Of a stretch of 64,000 nucleotides of DNA, positions 21,441 to 30,507 are shown piece after piece. Source of the DNA: Clostridiales bacterium (GTDB lineage: Bacteria; Bacillota; Clostridia; TANB77; CAG-508); contig SFKP01000010.1 of assembly GCA_004553715.1 (NCBI GenBank), positions 25,256 to 89,255 on the forward strand. Direction: 5' to 3'. Numbering within the stretch: the first letter of the stretch is position 1; every line of letters begins with the position of its first letter. Both the position numbers and the translations under genes were made by a program. The notes below the pieces were generated by a model. That model was not told where the DNA came from. It did no database searches and saw nothing but the letters and a program-made list of their open reading frames with translations.

Positions 21441-21568
21441 GTTACAGCTCAGACTAATTAATATGTAATCCGCTCCATCTTGCTGTCGGTTGGACATTTT
21501 CTTTTCTTAGGATAAAGCACGAAAAGAAAATGTCCAACCGACACGTGGAGCTACTAATTCGAATTTGC
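21441..21568 (+). mobile_element. MITE-like element, copy D (3' end diverged and fused to the 3' end of the SBP gene)
   Basis: 5' inverted repeat gttacagctcagac and the internal hairpin are conserved. The 3' part is replaced by ctactaattcgaatttgcatacc, which encodes the last residues and stop of the gene 21554..23062. Confidence 0.7.
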
Positions 21569-23062
21569 ATACCAATTTTCTATATTTCCAAATATGCTAA
21601 ACCAATTACAATTAAAGTCTCCTTTTAGATTTGAATTTAAAAGTAAGATATTCGAATTTGTATACAAACTAATAAATGGTATATTTAATTGATATTCATT
21701 TTTTAGCTCTTCTATCTTTTCTTTTCGTACATCTATATTATCAATATTTTTTATTTCTTTTAATAGTAATGTAATCGTTTCATTTGGCTCAACAAACAAA
21801 GTGCTATAATTTGGTTCTAATGGCATAATTATTCCTGTTAGAATTAAGTCATAGTATCTGTTTTTTAATGCGTATTTATAATTACTGCTATCTACTTTTA
21901 TTATATTTATTTTAATACCAATTGATTCAGCCTCTTCTTTAATCATCTCTGCTACTTTTACCCTATTTTCTTGTTCATAATTAACGCTTAAGTTCAGTAC
22001 TAATTTTTTGTTATTCTTATACCAACCATCATTTTTATAAGTCCACCCATCTGATATCAATATATCTTTTGCTTTTATTGGATTATATTGTTCTGATGAA
22101 ATAAAAGCAGTGTTTTCTACATATTTATTATTGTATACTGCATAATTTATATCTTTTCTATTTATTATCAAATTAATGACTTCTCTAATATTTTTATTCT
22201 TTAAAAATTCATTATTTTCATTTATCAAAATATAGTCCATTTTTCTGTCTGGAATAATTTTAGTTTTGTATCCCATTTTACCAACATATTTATCAAAATT
22301 TACATTGCCAGTAAGCATGATATCAATCTTTTGCTTAGCAAATTCTGAATAAATGGTATTTATTTTATCATATATTAGTACATTTAATATTGGAGTTTTC
22401 GCATTATCATTTTTTAAAGAAAAACTTGTATTTCTAATCTCTGAAAAGCTATATCCCCCTGTCCCCACAGGCATTGAACTCACTTCATTTAATGTTTCAT
22501 CATATTGATGTTTTGCAATAATTGGGAAAACCAATTTATATTCAAAAAAATCGGTACTTTCATTTAAAACGATTTTCAAAGTATATTCATCTATTATAAT
22601 TACTTCATCAATATTTTCTACATTTTCGTAATATATAGAATTTAACCATTGGTTTTGTAAAGTGGTAATAGTAAACTCTACGTCTCTTGATGTAAACTTT
22701 GTACCATCTTGCCAAAACTTGTCCTCATCTAGTTTTATAAGATATGTTGTTTCATCTATTTTAGACCATTCCTTCGCAATTCCAGATTCCAAATCAAAAT
22801 CTACCGATATTTTTATTAGTGGCTCATACACTAATTGCAATATATATTGAAGATCTTTATTTTTTGTAAGTAATGGATTTAATGTATCAAAATTAATTAT
22901 ACCAATTGAAATTGAATTTTTATATACTTCTTCTTTTATATATTCTTCTGTCCCTTCTGTAGATTTATAATTATCAATGTAAAGTACATATATAGCAATA
23001 ATTATCAATCCTATTATTATCGTAAAAAATAGGCATTTAACGATTGTGCTCTCATATTTCAT
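21554..23062 (-). CDS. ABC transporter substrate-binding protein, family 5 (peptide/nickel type), membrane-anchored
   Basis: 502 aa; N-terminal TM; EWSKIDETTYLIKLDEDKFWQDGTKFTSRDVEFT, typical of SBP_bac_5. Confidence 0.6.
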   Translation of the reverse strand: MKYESTIVKCLFFTIIIGLIIIAIYVLYIDNYKSTEGTEEYIKEEVYKNSISIGIINFDTLNPLLTKNKDLQYILQLVYEPLIKISVDFDLESGIAKEWSKIDETTYLIKLDEDKFWQDGTKFTSRDVEFTITTLQNQWLNSIYYENVENIDEVIIIDEYTLKIVLNESTDFFEYKLVFPIIAKHQYDETLNEVSSMPVGTGGYSFSEIRNTSFSLKNDNAKTPILNVLIYDKINTIYSEFAKQKIDIMLTGNVNFDKYVGKMGYKTKIIPDRKMDYILINENNEFLKNKNIREVINLIINRKDINYAVYNNKYVENTAFISSEQYNPIKAKDILISDGWTYKNDGWYKNNKKLVLNLSVNYEQENRVKVAEMIKEEAESIGIKINIIKVDSSNYKYALKNRYYDLILTGIIMPLEPNYSTLFVEPNETITLLLKEIKNIDNIDVRKEKIEELKNEYQLNIPFISLYTNSNILLLNSNLKGDFNCNWFSIFGNIENWYANSN

Positions 23063-23098
23063 CTATAAAATCCTCTTTCTTTAAATAAAGTTTATTTG

Positions 23099-23305
23099 AT
23101 AAGAAAGGCATTTCGCTTAGACTGTCTTTGAAGAAAGTGCGAAATATATGCCACTCGCATTCGCTCGGGCAAACTAAGGTAGCCTAACCTTGTTGTATAC
23201 GGAAAAATCTTATATCGGGTCAAGATAATTTTTGATTTTTCCTATACAATAAGAAAGGCATTTCGCTTAGACTGTCTTTGAAGAAAGTGCGAAATATATG
23301 CCACT
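23099..23305. repeat. 57-bp direct repeat (23099-23155 and 23249-23305) bracketing a copy of a second hairpin repeat family (R2, 23178-23251)
   Basis: ataagaaaggcatttcgcttagactgtctttgaagaaagtgcgaaatatatgccact occurs twice. tttcctatacaata also recurs. R2 = ggtagcctaaccttgttgtatacggaaaaatc...gatttttcctatacaata. Confidence 0.7.
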
Positions 23306-23378
23306 TTTCCTATACAATAACATTATGGACGAACATATAAGTTCGCCCATTTTGATATTTATTTAAAAATTAAAGTAA

Positions 23379-23642
23379 TTATTTTCTTGATTCAATAATT
23401 AATTTCATACCAGTTCTGTTTTCTCCTTCTACATCCACATCTGCGAACGCTGGTATGCAAACTAAATCTACACCTGCTGGTGCAACAAACCCTCTTGCAA
23501 TTGCAACTGCTTTTACAGCTTGGTTAAGTGCTCCTGCACCAATTGCTTGCATTTCTGCTTTGTTATTCTCCTTTACTAATCCTGCTATAGCCCCCGCTAC
23601 TGAATTTGGATTTGATTTTGATGAAATTTTTAAAACTTCCAT
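23379..23642 (-). CDS. spoVS: Stage V sporulation protein S
   Basis: 87 aa; MEVLKISSKSNPNSVAGAIAG...RGFVAPAGVDLVCIPAF is near-identical to the SpoVS family. Confidence 0.9.
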   Translation of the reverse strand: MEVLKISSKSNPNSVAGAIAGLVKENNKAEMQAIGAGALNQAVKAVAIARGFVAPAGVDLVCIPAFADVDVEGENRTGMKLIIESRK

Positions 23643-23781
23643 ATTTGCCTCCTTAAAAATTATTTTTGTAACCCTTTTTTTGTTTCATTTGTTACACTAC
23701 TATTTATATTATAATTTTTTAAGAGTGTCTATTGGTTTTTAGTAAAAAGCGGAAGTTTTCATCGCAACATTTTTCTATTTT

Positions 23782-24555
23782 CTACAAATTTATTCGTTCA
23801 ATCTTCTCTACTCGACAAGTTTCATCATTTATCGATAAAAGTACGCTATTCATAATCTGATTAGAATCTGAACTTACTTTATATCTTTCTGGAAGTGTTG
23901 TATAAAATCTTTTTACAGAAGTATCTACATCCATTCCAATTACTGATTTTTTAGGTCCTGTCATTCCAATGTCTGTAATATAGGCTGTACCATTTTCCAA
24001 TATCTTTTCGTCTGCTGTTTGTACATGTGTATGTGTTCCAAAAACAACTGAAACTTTGCCATCTAAGAAATATCCCATTGCAATTTTCTCTGCTGTAGCT
24101 TCTGCGTGAAAATCTACAATTATTATATCTGCTTCTTCTTTAACTTTTTGTAATATTTTTTCTGCTGTAACAAAAGGATTATCTGAAAGTATTCCAACAT
24201 CTACTCGACCAATCAAATTGATAACTGCAATTTTTTTATCATTACAATTATATATGTTATATCCTTTTCCAGGTGCTGTTCTTGAAAAATTAGCTGGAAC
24301 TATTAAATTTTCCTCTTTGATAATTGAGAAAATATCCTTTTTCCCCCAAGTATGATTTCCCATTGTTACTACATTTACACCAAAAGACATTAAATCGTTA
24401 AAAATCTTAGCAGTTATTCCCATACCATCTGCTGCATTTTCTCCGTTTGCAATAATAAAATCTATATTTTGCTTTTTCTTAATTTCCTCTATTCCTTGTT
24501 TTACCTTTTTAACTCCTGCATTTCCAACAATATCACCTATTAATAATATTTTCAT
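23782..24555 (-). CDS. ymdB: YmdB-family metallophosphoesterase (2',3'-cNMP phosphodiesterase)
   Basis: MKILLIGDIVGNAGVKKV...IIANGENAADGMGIT, TIGR00282-type. Confidence 0.8.
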   Translation of the reverse strand: MKILLIGDIVGNAGVKKVKQGIEEIKKKQNIDFIIANGENAADGMGITAKIFNDLMSFGVNVVTMGNHTWGKKDIFSIIKEENLIVPANFSRTAPGKGYNIYNCNDKKIAVINLIGRVDVGILSDNPFVTAEKILQKVKEEADIIIVDFHAEATAEKIAMGYFLDGKVSVVFGTHTHVQTADEKILENGTAYITDIGMTGPKKSVIGMDVDTSVKRFYTTLPERYKVSSDSNQIMNSVLLSINDETCRVEKIERINL

Positions 24556-24637
24556 AATTCCTCCATATAAATTAAAATTGGGGATAAAGCTTTAACAAGT
24601 CTTATACCCCATTATTTTTATCATTAATTTTATTCTA

Positions 24638-25267
24638 CTAATCTGTTATTATACTTTTGTTTGCTTTTTTTCTTATTCTTTGTATTGCATTATCTACTGA
24701 TTTTATTGGTGCATCTAGCTGTTTAGCTATCTGAACATAACTTTCCCCTTTTGCAAATCTGTTTAGTACCTGTTTTTCGAATGCACTTAAATTCTCATCT
24801 ATTTTTGTTCCTATTATTTTATAATATTCTTTTTTTGTAATTGTATCTAATGGATCTTCTGCTGTTTTTGAATTAAATAATTCCATCATTTCGGTATCAT
24901 CATCATCATAAGCATTTATATTTAATGATATCGAATTGTTAAGTGGCATATGTTTTTGTCTATTAGAAGTTTTAATAGCAGTAATTAATTGTCTTTCTAC
25001 GCATAAATTAGCAAACGACTTAAAAGAGCTGTCTTTGTCTATATTAAAACTTTTAATTGCTTTATATAAACCAATCATCCCTTCTTGAACAATATCTTCT
25101 CTTTCTGCACCAATAATAAAATACTTATTTACTTTAATGTCTACAATTTCTTTGTATTTTGAAAGTATGTATTCTAAAACATCTTTATCGCCATTCTTTG
25201 CGAAGCTAACTAATTCTTCATCTGTCATTTCACTTTTTGTTGTATCTGCTAACTTTATATTTGTCAT
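24638..25267 (-). CDS. sigH: RNA polymerase sigma-H
   Basis: FIIGAEREDIVQEGMIGLYKAIKSF and SVDNAIQRIRKK align with B. subtilis SigH region 2 and region 4. Confidence 0.8.
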   Translation of the reverse strand: MTNIKLADTTKSEMTDEELVSFAKNGDKDVLEYILSKYKEIVDIKVNKYFIIGAEREDIVQEGMIGLYKAIKSFNIDKDSSFKSFANLCVERQLITAIKTSNRQKHMPLNNSISLNINAYDDDDTEMMELFNSKTAEDPLDTITKKEYYKIIGTKIDENLSAFEKQVLNRFAKGESYVQIAKQLDAPIKSVDNAIQRIRKKANKSIITD

Positions 25268-25347
25268 TTCTACCTTTATGCCTCCGCTTATTAATTTATG
25301 TCATTATTATACAAGTGGTGTCAATAGTTTTGTTAATTTTTTGTCTT

Positions 25348-25941
25348 TTAGTCTTTAAATAGTTCTTTTGATCCTTTTAGGTATTCGTATCCTGAAAAGA
25401 TTGTTGCTATTACTGATATTGTCATTACTGTTGTTGATAGTATGTTTATTACTAAGTTGTAGCCTGTTAGTTTTTTTGTGAAAAAGTCCCCATAAGCATT
25501 TATATCTAAAAACATTAATATTATTGCTATCATTTGTGTTACTGTTTTTAGTTTTCCCCAAATGTTTGCTGCAATAACTTGACCTTGTTTTTGTACTGCT
25601 ATTAATCTATATCCTGATACTATGAATTCTCTTGTTAATACTATAATTGGAATCCATGCTGGTAGTTTGCCCATTTCTACAAGTATTAGCATTGTTGCTA
25701 ATACCAAGATTTTATCTGCAAGTGGATCTGCAAATTTCCCAAATGTTGTTATAATATTTCTCTTTCTTGCTATTTTTCCATCTAAATGGTCTGTTATTGA
25801 TGCTATTATAAATATAAGGTTTAAAATCCAATATGTATATGGGATTCCAAAAAATTCTCCTTGTATGTTAAAAAATGTAATTATAACCATTATTGGTACA
25901 AGTATTATTCTAAATATTGTTAATTTATTCGGTAAATTCAT
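25348..25941 (-). CDS. pgsA: CDP-diacylglycerol--glycerol-3-phosphate 3-phosphatidyltransferase
   Basis: CDP-alcohol phosphatidyltransferase motif DHLDGKIARKRNIITTFGKFADPLADK. Confidence 0.8.
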   Translation of the reverse strand: MNLPNKLTIFRIILVPIMVIITFFNIQGEFFGIPYTYWILNLIFIIASITDHLDGKIARKRNIITTFGKFADPLADKILVLATMLILVEMGKLPAWIPIIVLTREFIVSGYRLIAVQKQGQVIAANIWGKLKTVTQMIAIILMFLDINAYGDFFTKKLTGYNLVINILSTTVMTISVIATIFSGYEYLKGSKELFKD

Positions 25942-25947
25942 TTTTTA

Positions 25948-26613
25948 TTACACTCCTTTTTTCATTTTTTCTATCACATCTTGCATATCTCCTGCCGATA
26001 TTATTGCACTTCCGGAAACTATAATGTCTGCTCCTGCATTTTTTAATATTCCAGCATTATCTACTTTTATTCCACCATCTACTTCTATAAAAGTCTCTAG
26101 TGCTTCTCTGTCTAAATATTCTTTTAATTTTTTAACCTTCTCTATTGTTTCTGGAATTAACTTTTGCCCGCCTTTCCCTGGTTCTACTGTCATAATTAAG
26201 CATAAATAAATATGCTTCATAAATTCTAATATTTCTTCTACCGGTGTTGCTGGCTTTATAGATATTCCTACTTTTACATTATTTGCTTTTAGATATTTAA
26301 TTACATCATATATTTCTTCTTTATTTTTTAAGGCTTCATAGTGAAATGTTATAATATCTGGTTCAAAACTTAAATATTTATCTATGTTTTTCTTTACGTC
26401 TTCTACCATAAAGTGTACATCTAGTGGCAAATTGGAAATTTGCTTTATAGTATTTGTATATTCATACATTTTTTCTTCTGTATTTGCTTCTACGAATTTT
26501 CCATCCATTACATCAATATGAAAATAGTCTGTTTTTGCTACTTCTAAGTCATAAAATTTTCTTGTTGCATCTTCTGGTTCTACCGATAATATTGAGGTTG
26601 ATATTTTTACCAT
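25948..26613 (-). CDS. rpe: Ribulose-phosphate 3-epimerase
   Basis: 221 aa; ILSVEPEDATRKFYDLEVAKTDYFHIDVMDGKFV, VEPGKGGQKLIP. Confidence 0.9.
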   Translation of the reverse strand: MVKISTSILSVEPEDATRKFYDLEVAKTDYFHIDVMDGKFVEANTEEKMYEYTNTIKQISNLPLDVHFMVEDVKKNIDKYLSFEPDIITFHYEALKNKEEIYDVIKYLKANNVKVGISIKPATPVEEILEFMKHIYLCLIMTVEPGKGGQKLIPETIEKVKKLKEYLDREALETFIEVDGGIKVDNAGILKNAGADIIVSGSAIISAGDMQDVIEKMKKGV

Positions 26614-26693
26614 TTTTTTCTCCTTTTATGTTTGCGGGCGAACAGAATCATCCGCCCCCTACATTTTTTATAGATTATTGCACACTATCATTT

Positions 26694-28673
26694 TTATTCT
26701 GCTGTCCAAGAATTTGTTGTGTATAGGTTCATTTGTAAGTTTTGTCTTTCCATAATTCCATTAATATATACTTTTACTTCAACAGTTCCAAAACCTGTTA
26801 TTTCTTTTGTAATATCTGTATTGTCTTCACTAACTGATTTTTCATATACTGTATCATTTCCTACTGTTATCTTTAATGTCACTTTTTCTGGTGGATTTAT
26901 AGGTTTTTGATTTCCTTCCTCATCTGTTTCATATTGAGGTACATATTTTCTAATTGATTTTACATTTACATGAATTGTTGCTGATTTTATTTCTGTAAAT
27001 TCATTTATAGTTATAGATATTTCTGTATTTTTGTCTACCATACTTTTAGGTGATATTGTTTGTGCTACAACAACTCCATTTGGCTTGCTTGAATCATTTA
27101 TTTTACTCGTACTTTTCCATTTTAATTTTGATGAAGCAATTATTGATTTTGCTTCTTCTTCGGTTTTACCTGATAAATCTGGAACTTCAACTTGTTCTAT
27201 TCCTAAGCTAACTTTTATTTTAACTGTGCTTCCTGCTAAAATTTCTTCATTTTCTTGGATATCTTGTTCTACAACATATCCTTTTTCTATTTCGTCATGA
27301 TAATCTTCTTCAATCTCTACTTCTAGTCCTAAATCTTTTAATTCTTTCATTGCTTCATCTTTTGTTTTGCCAACTACTTTAGTCATAGTTACAATTTCTT
27401 GACCTTTACTAATTACTAATTTAACAGTTGAACCTTCTTTTACTGTATAGTTTTGCTGATATGGTGGTTTTTGTGATATTATCTTACCTTCTTCTATTTC
27501 AACATCAAATTTTTCCTCTTCAACCTCTACTGTTAATTTATATTTTTCTGCTTCTAACTTTGCCTCTTCTAATGTCATATTAGTAAAGTTTGGTATTTGA
27601 ACATTTTTAGCCTTCTTAGAATTTAGTACCGCAAAAGTAATAACCATTGAAGCAACAAAAGCTAAAATCAATAAAAGTATTATAGCAATTACTTTAGCAG
27701 CTTTGTGTTCATTAAAGAATTTCTTTAGTTTAGATTCCTTTTTGTCTGATTTTTCTTCTTTCATTTCTTCTTTTTTATTTTTTAAAGAATTTAATTCTAC
27801 TCTTTGTGTTGCAAATTTATCAGTTCCTACTGAAGCAACTCCTGCATCTGGATTTTTTAAAACCGCTTCTAAGCTTGCTTTCATCTCTGTTGCAGAGTTA
27901 TATCTTAAAGCAGGATCTTTTTGCATTGCTTTCATAATTATTTGGCTAACACTTTGTGGTACATTAGGATTAATATCAGATGGTGGTAGTGGTTCTTGTT
28001 GCATGTGCATTAGTGCAACTGAAACAGGTGTATCTGCATCAAATGGAACTTTTCCTGTTACCATTTCATATAATACAACACCTAATGAATATAAATCTGA
28101 CTTAGCATCTGTTATGCCACCTTTTGCATGTTCTGGTGAGAAATAATGTACTGATCCAATTGTTGCTCCAAATGCTGTAATTGTTGAGTTCGAAACCGCT
28201 TTTGCAATTCCGAAATCAGTTACTTTTGCAACCCCATCTTCTGTAATTATTATATTATGTGGTTTTATATCTCTATGAACAATATTGTTTTTATGTGCTA
28301 CTTCTAGTGCAGATGCTATTTGAATTGCTATTTTTACTGACCATTTCCAACCTAAAACTTTATCTTCTACTATAATGTCTTTCAAAGTTTTTCCTTTTAC
28401 TAATTCCATTACTATATAATATAAATCTCCATCGTGTCCTACATCATACACTGAAACAATATTAGGATGTGTTAGACTTGCAACAGATTGTGCTTCTACA
28501 TTGAATCTTCTAACGAATTCATTATCTGTTGTAAATTCTTCTCTTAATACTTTTACTGCAACATATCTTTTTAGCACTAAACATTTTGCCTTGTAAACTG
28601 TTGCCATTCCGCCATTCCCTATTTTTTCAATAATTTCATATCTTCCACCTAATATTTTACCTTCTAACCCCAT
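26694..28673 (-). CDS. prkC: Ser/Thr protein kinase with PASTA repeats
   Basis: Kinase subdomains (GNGGMATVYKA, HRDIKPHN, DFGIA), a TM segment and repeated PASTA-like units. Confidence 0.9.
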   Translation of the reverse strand: MGLEGKILGGRYEIIEKIGNGGMATVYKAKCLVLKRYVAVKVLREEFTTDNEFVRRFNVEAQSVASLTHPNIVSVYDVGHDGDLYYIVMELVKGKTLKDIIVEDKVLGWKWSVKIAIQIASALEVAHKNNIVHRDIKPHNIIITEDGVAKVTDFGIAKAVSNSTITAFGATIGSVHYFSPEHAKGGITDAKSDLYSLGVVLYEMVTGKVPFDADTPVSVALMHMQQEPLPPSDINPNVPQSVSQIIMKAMQKDPALRYNSATEMKASLEAVLKNPDAGVASVGTDKFATQRVELNSLKNKKEEMKEEKSDKKESKLKKFFNEHKAAKVIAIILLLILAFVASMVITFAVLNSKKAKNVQIPNFTNMTLEEAKLEAEKYKLTVEVEEEKFDVEIEEGKIISQKPPYQQNYTVKEGSTVKLVISKGQEIVTMTKVVGKTKDEAMKELKDLGLEVEIEEDYHDEIEKGYVVEQDIQENEEILAGSTVKIKVSLGIEQVEVPDLSGKTEEEAKSIIASSKLKWKSTSKINDSSKPNGVVVAQTISPKSMVDKNTEISITINEFTEIKSATIHVNVKSIRKYVPQYETDEEGNQKPINPPEKVTLKITVGNDTVYEKSVSEDNTDITKEITGFGTVEVKVYINGIMERQNLQMNLYTTNSWTAE

Positions 28674-28690
28674 ATTATTGCCTCCATATT

Positions 28691-29417
28691 CTAAAATTTT
28701 TTAATTATTATTAGAGTAATATTATCATATCCACCATTATCATTAGCTTTTTTTACTAACTCAGCTGGCGCTACTCTAATATCTTTTTGTACAATTTGTT
28801 TAATTTCCTCTTCTGAAACCATATTTGTAAGTCCATCTGAACAAATAAGAAATGTATCTTCTTTTAAGAATCCCTTTACCATAACATCTGGCTCAGCATA
28901 AGCTTCACAACCTAATGCCTTCATTAACATATTCTTTTTAGGATGTTCTTCTGCTTCTTCTTTTGTTATAGTTCCATCTTTTACTAATTTTTGTACATAA
29001 CTATGATCTGTTGTAATTTTTCTAATTATATCTTTTCGTATTCTATAAATTCTGCTATCTCCAATATGACCAATATATGCTTTGTTTTCATATACTAAAC
29101 ATATTTCTAATGTGGTTCCCATTTTATCTAATGCTTCTTCTGATTTTGCCTTGTCATATACTAACATATTTGCATATTCTATTGCATCTCTGATTAATTT
29201 TTTCATATCTTCTGGGTTAGTGTGATCTGTTTTTTCTATATTATTTTTTATATATTTTGCTGCCGCTTCTGTTGCAAGTTTACTTGCAACTTCTCCACCA
29301 GTATAACCTCCCATTCCGATCTGCTAATATATACAAACCTAATTCATCAGATACGAAATAATAGTCTTGATTGATATCTCTTAATTTACCAATATCTGTT
29401 TTTGTAAAGTTTCTCAT
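28691..29417 (-). CDS. prpC: PP2C Ser/Thr phosphatase, with a CGG +1 recoding site (complement of 29316-29318)
   Basis: From the ATG at 29417 (an ATGA overlap with the rlmN stop) the frame reads MRNFTKTDIGKLRDINQDYYFVSDELGLYILAD, then gat C gga atg gga. Skipping the C gives DGMGGYTGGEVAS..., the PP2C metal-binding motif. The ORF track shows only the downstream part. Confidence 0.8.
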
Positions 29418-30442
29418 TTATTCACCTCTTTTTTTCTAAGCTGACCACATGCTGCATCAATATCAGAACCCAGTTCTCTTCTAATTGTCGCAACAATTCC
29501 ATGTTCGTTTAAATAATCTCTAAACTTAATTATATTTTCATTTGTACTTTTAGTAAATTTACCATTATCTATCTTATTTATTGGTATTAAATTTACATGA
29601 CATAACATACCTTTAAGTAGTTTTATCAATTGTTTTGCATCTTCTAAATTGTCGTTATTGTCTTTTGCTAAAGCATATTCAAAAGATATTCTTTTATTTG
29701 TTTTTTCTATATAATACCTACAAGCCTTCATTAATTCTTCTATGTTATATGCATCATTTACAGGCATCATCTGGCTTCTTTTTTCATCTGTTGCAGCATG
29801 AAGCGATATTGATAATGTGCATTGTAATTTTTCATCTGCTAATCTATAAATATTTGGCACTAATCCACTTGTTGATATACTAATGTGTCTTGCACCCATA
29901 TTTATTCCTTTTGGATTATTTAATATTTTAATTGCCTTCATAACATTATCGAAATTGTCTAATGGTTCTCCTATTCCCATAAAGACAAGATTTGAAATTT
30001 TTATGTTTTCGTCTCTTTCTATTGCCTGTAATTGTTCAATAATTTCTCCTGTCTCTAGGCTTCTTACAAATTTAATTCCTGTTGATGCACAGAATTTGCA
30101 ACCCATTTTGCAACCGATTTGTGATGACACACATATAGTTTTCCCATATTTGTATTCCATAAGTACGGACTCTATAGCATTTCCGTCTAATACATCAAAT
30201 AGGTATTTTTTTGTGCCATCTTTTGAAGTTTGTTTTACTATTATTTTAAATATGTGTAATTCAAATTTTTCTTTTAATTTTTCTCTAAATGAATTTGGTA
30301 AGTTTGTCATCTCATCAAAGCTTTGTACATTTTCTTTATATAACCAATTAAATATTTGCTCTGCTCTATATTTCTTTTCTCCTAATTCCTGTACAATCTC
30401 TTGCAATTCATCTAAATTATAATTTTTAATGTTTGTTTTCAA
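29414..30442 (-). CDS. rlmN: 23S rRNA/tRNA m2A methyltransferase (radical SAM)
   Basis: CKMGCKFCAS radical-SAM cysteine motif; 342 aa. Confidence 0.9.
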   Translation of the reverse strand: MKTNIKNYNLDELQEIVQELGEKKYRAEQIFNWLYKENVQSFDEMTNLPNSFREKLKEKFELHIFKIIVKQTSKDGTKKYLFDVLDGNAIESVLMEYKYGKTICVSSQIGCKMGCKFCASTGIKFVRSLETGEIIEQLQAIERDENIKISNLVFMGIGEPLDNFDNVMKAIKILNNPKGINMGARHISISTSGLVPNIYRLADEKLQCTLSISLHAATDEKRSQMMPVNDAYNIEELMKACRYYIEKTNKRISFEYALAKDNNDNLEDAKQLIKLLKGMLCHVNLIPINKIDNGKFTKSTNENIIKFRDYLNEHGIVATIRRELGSDIDAACGQLRKKEVNK

Positions 30443-30507
30443 ATATATTCTTCCTTTTAATTTTTATACATTTTATCACATAAGAATCAACATTACAAGG
30501 TTTTGTT

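Noticed and set aside
26625-26665. Short GC-rich hairpin (gggcg...cgccc) between prkC and rpe as a terminator or attenuator
   Set aside because: The stem is only 5 bp. The T run is on the strand opposite the flanking genes. Both neighbours are co-directional operon members.
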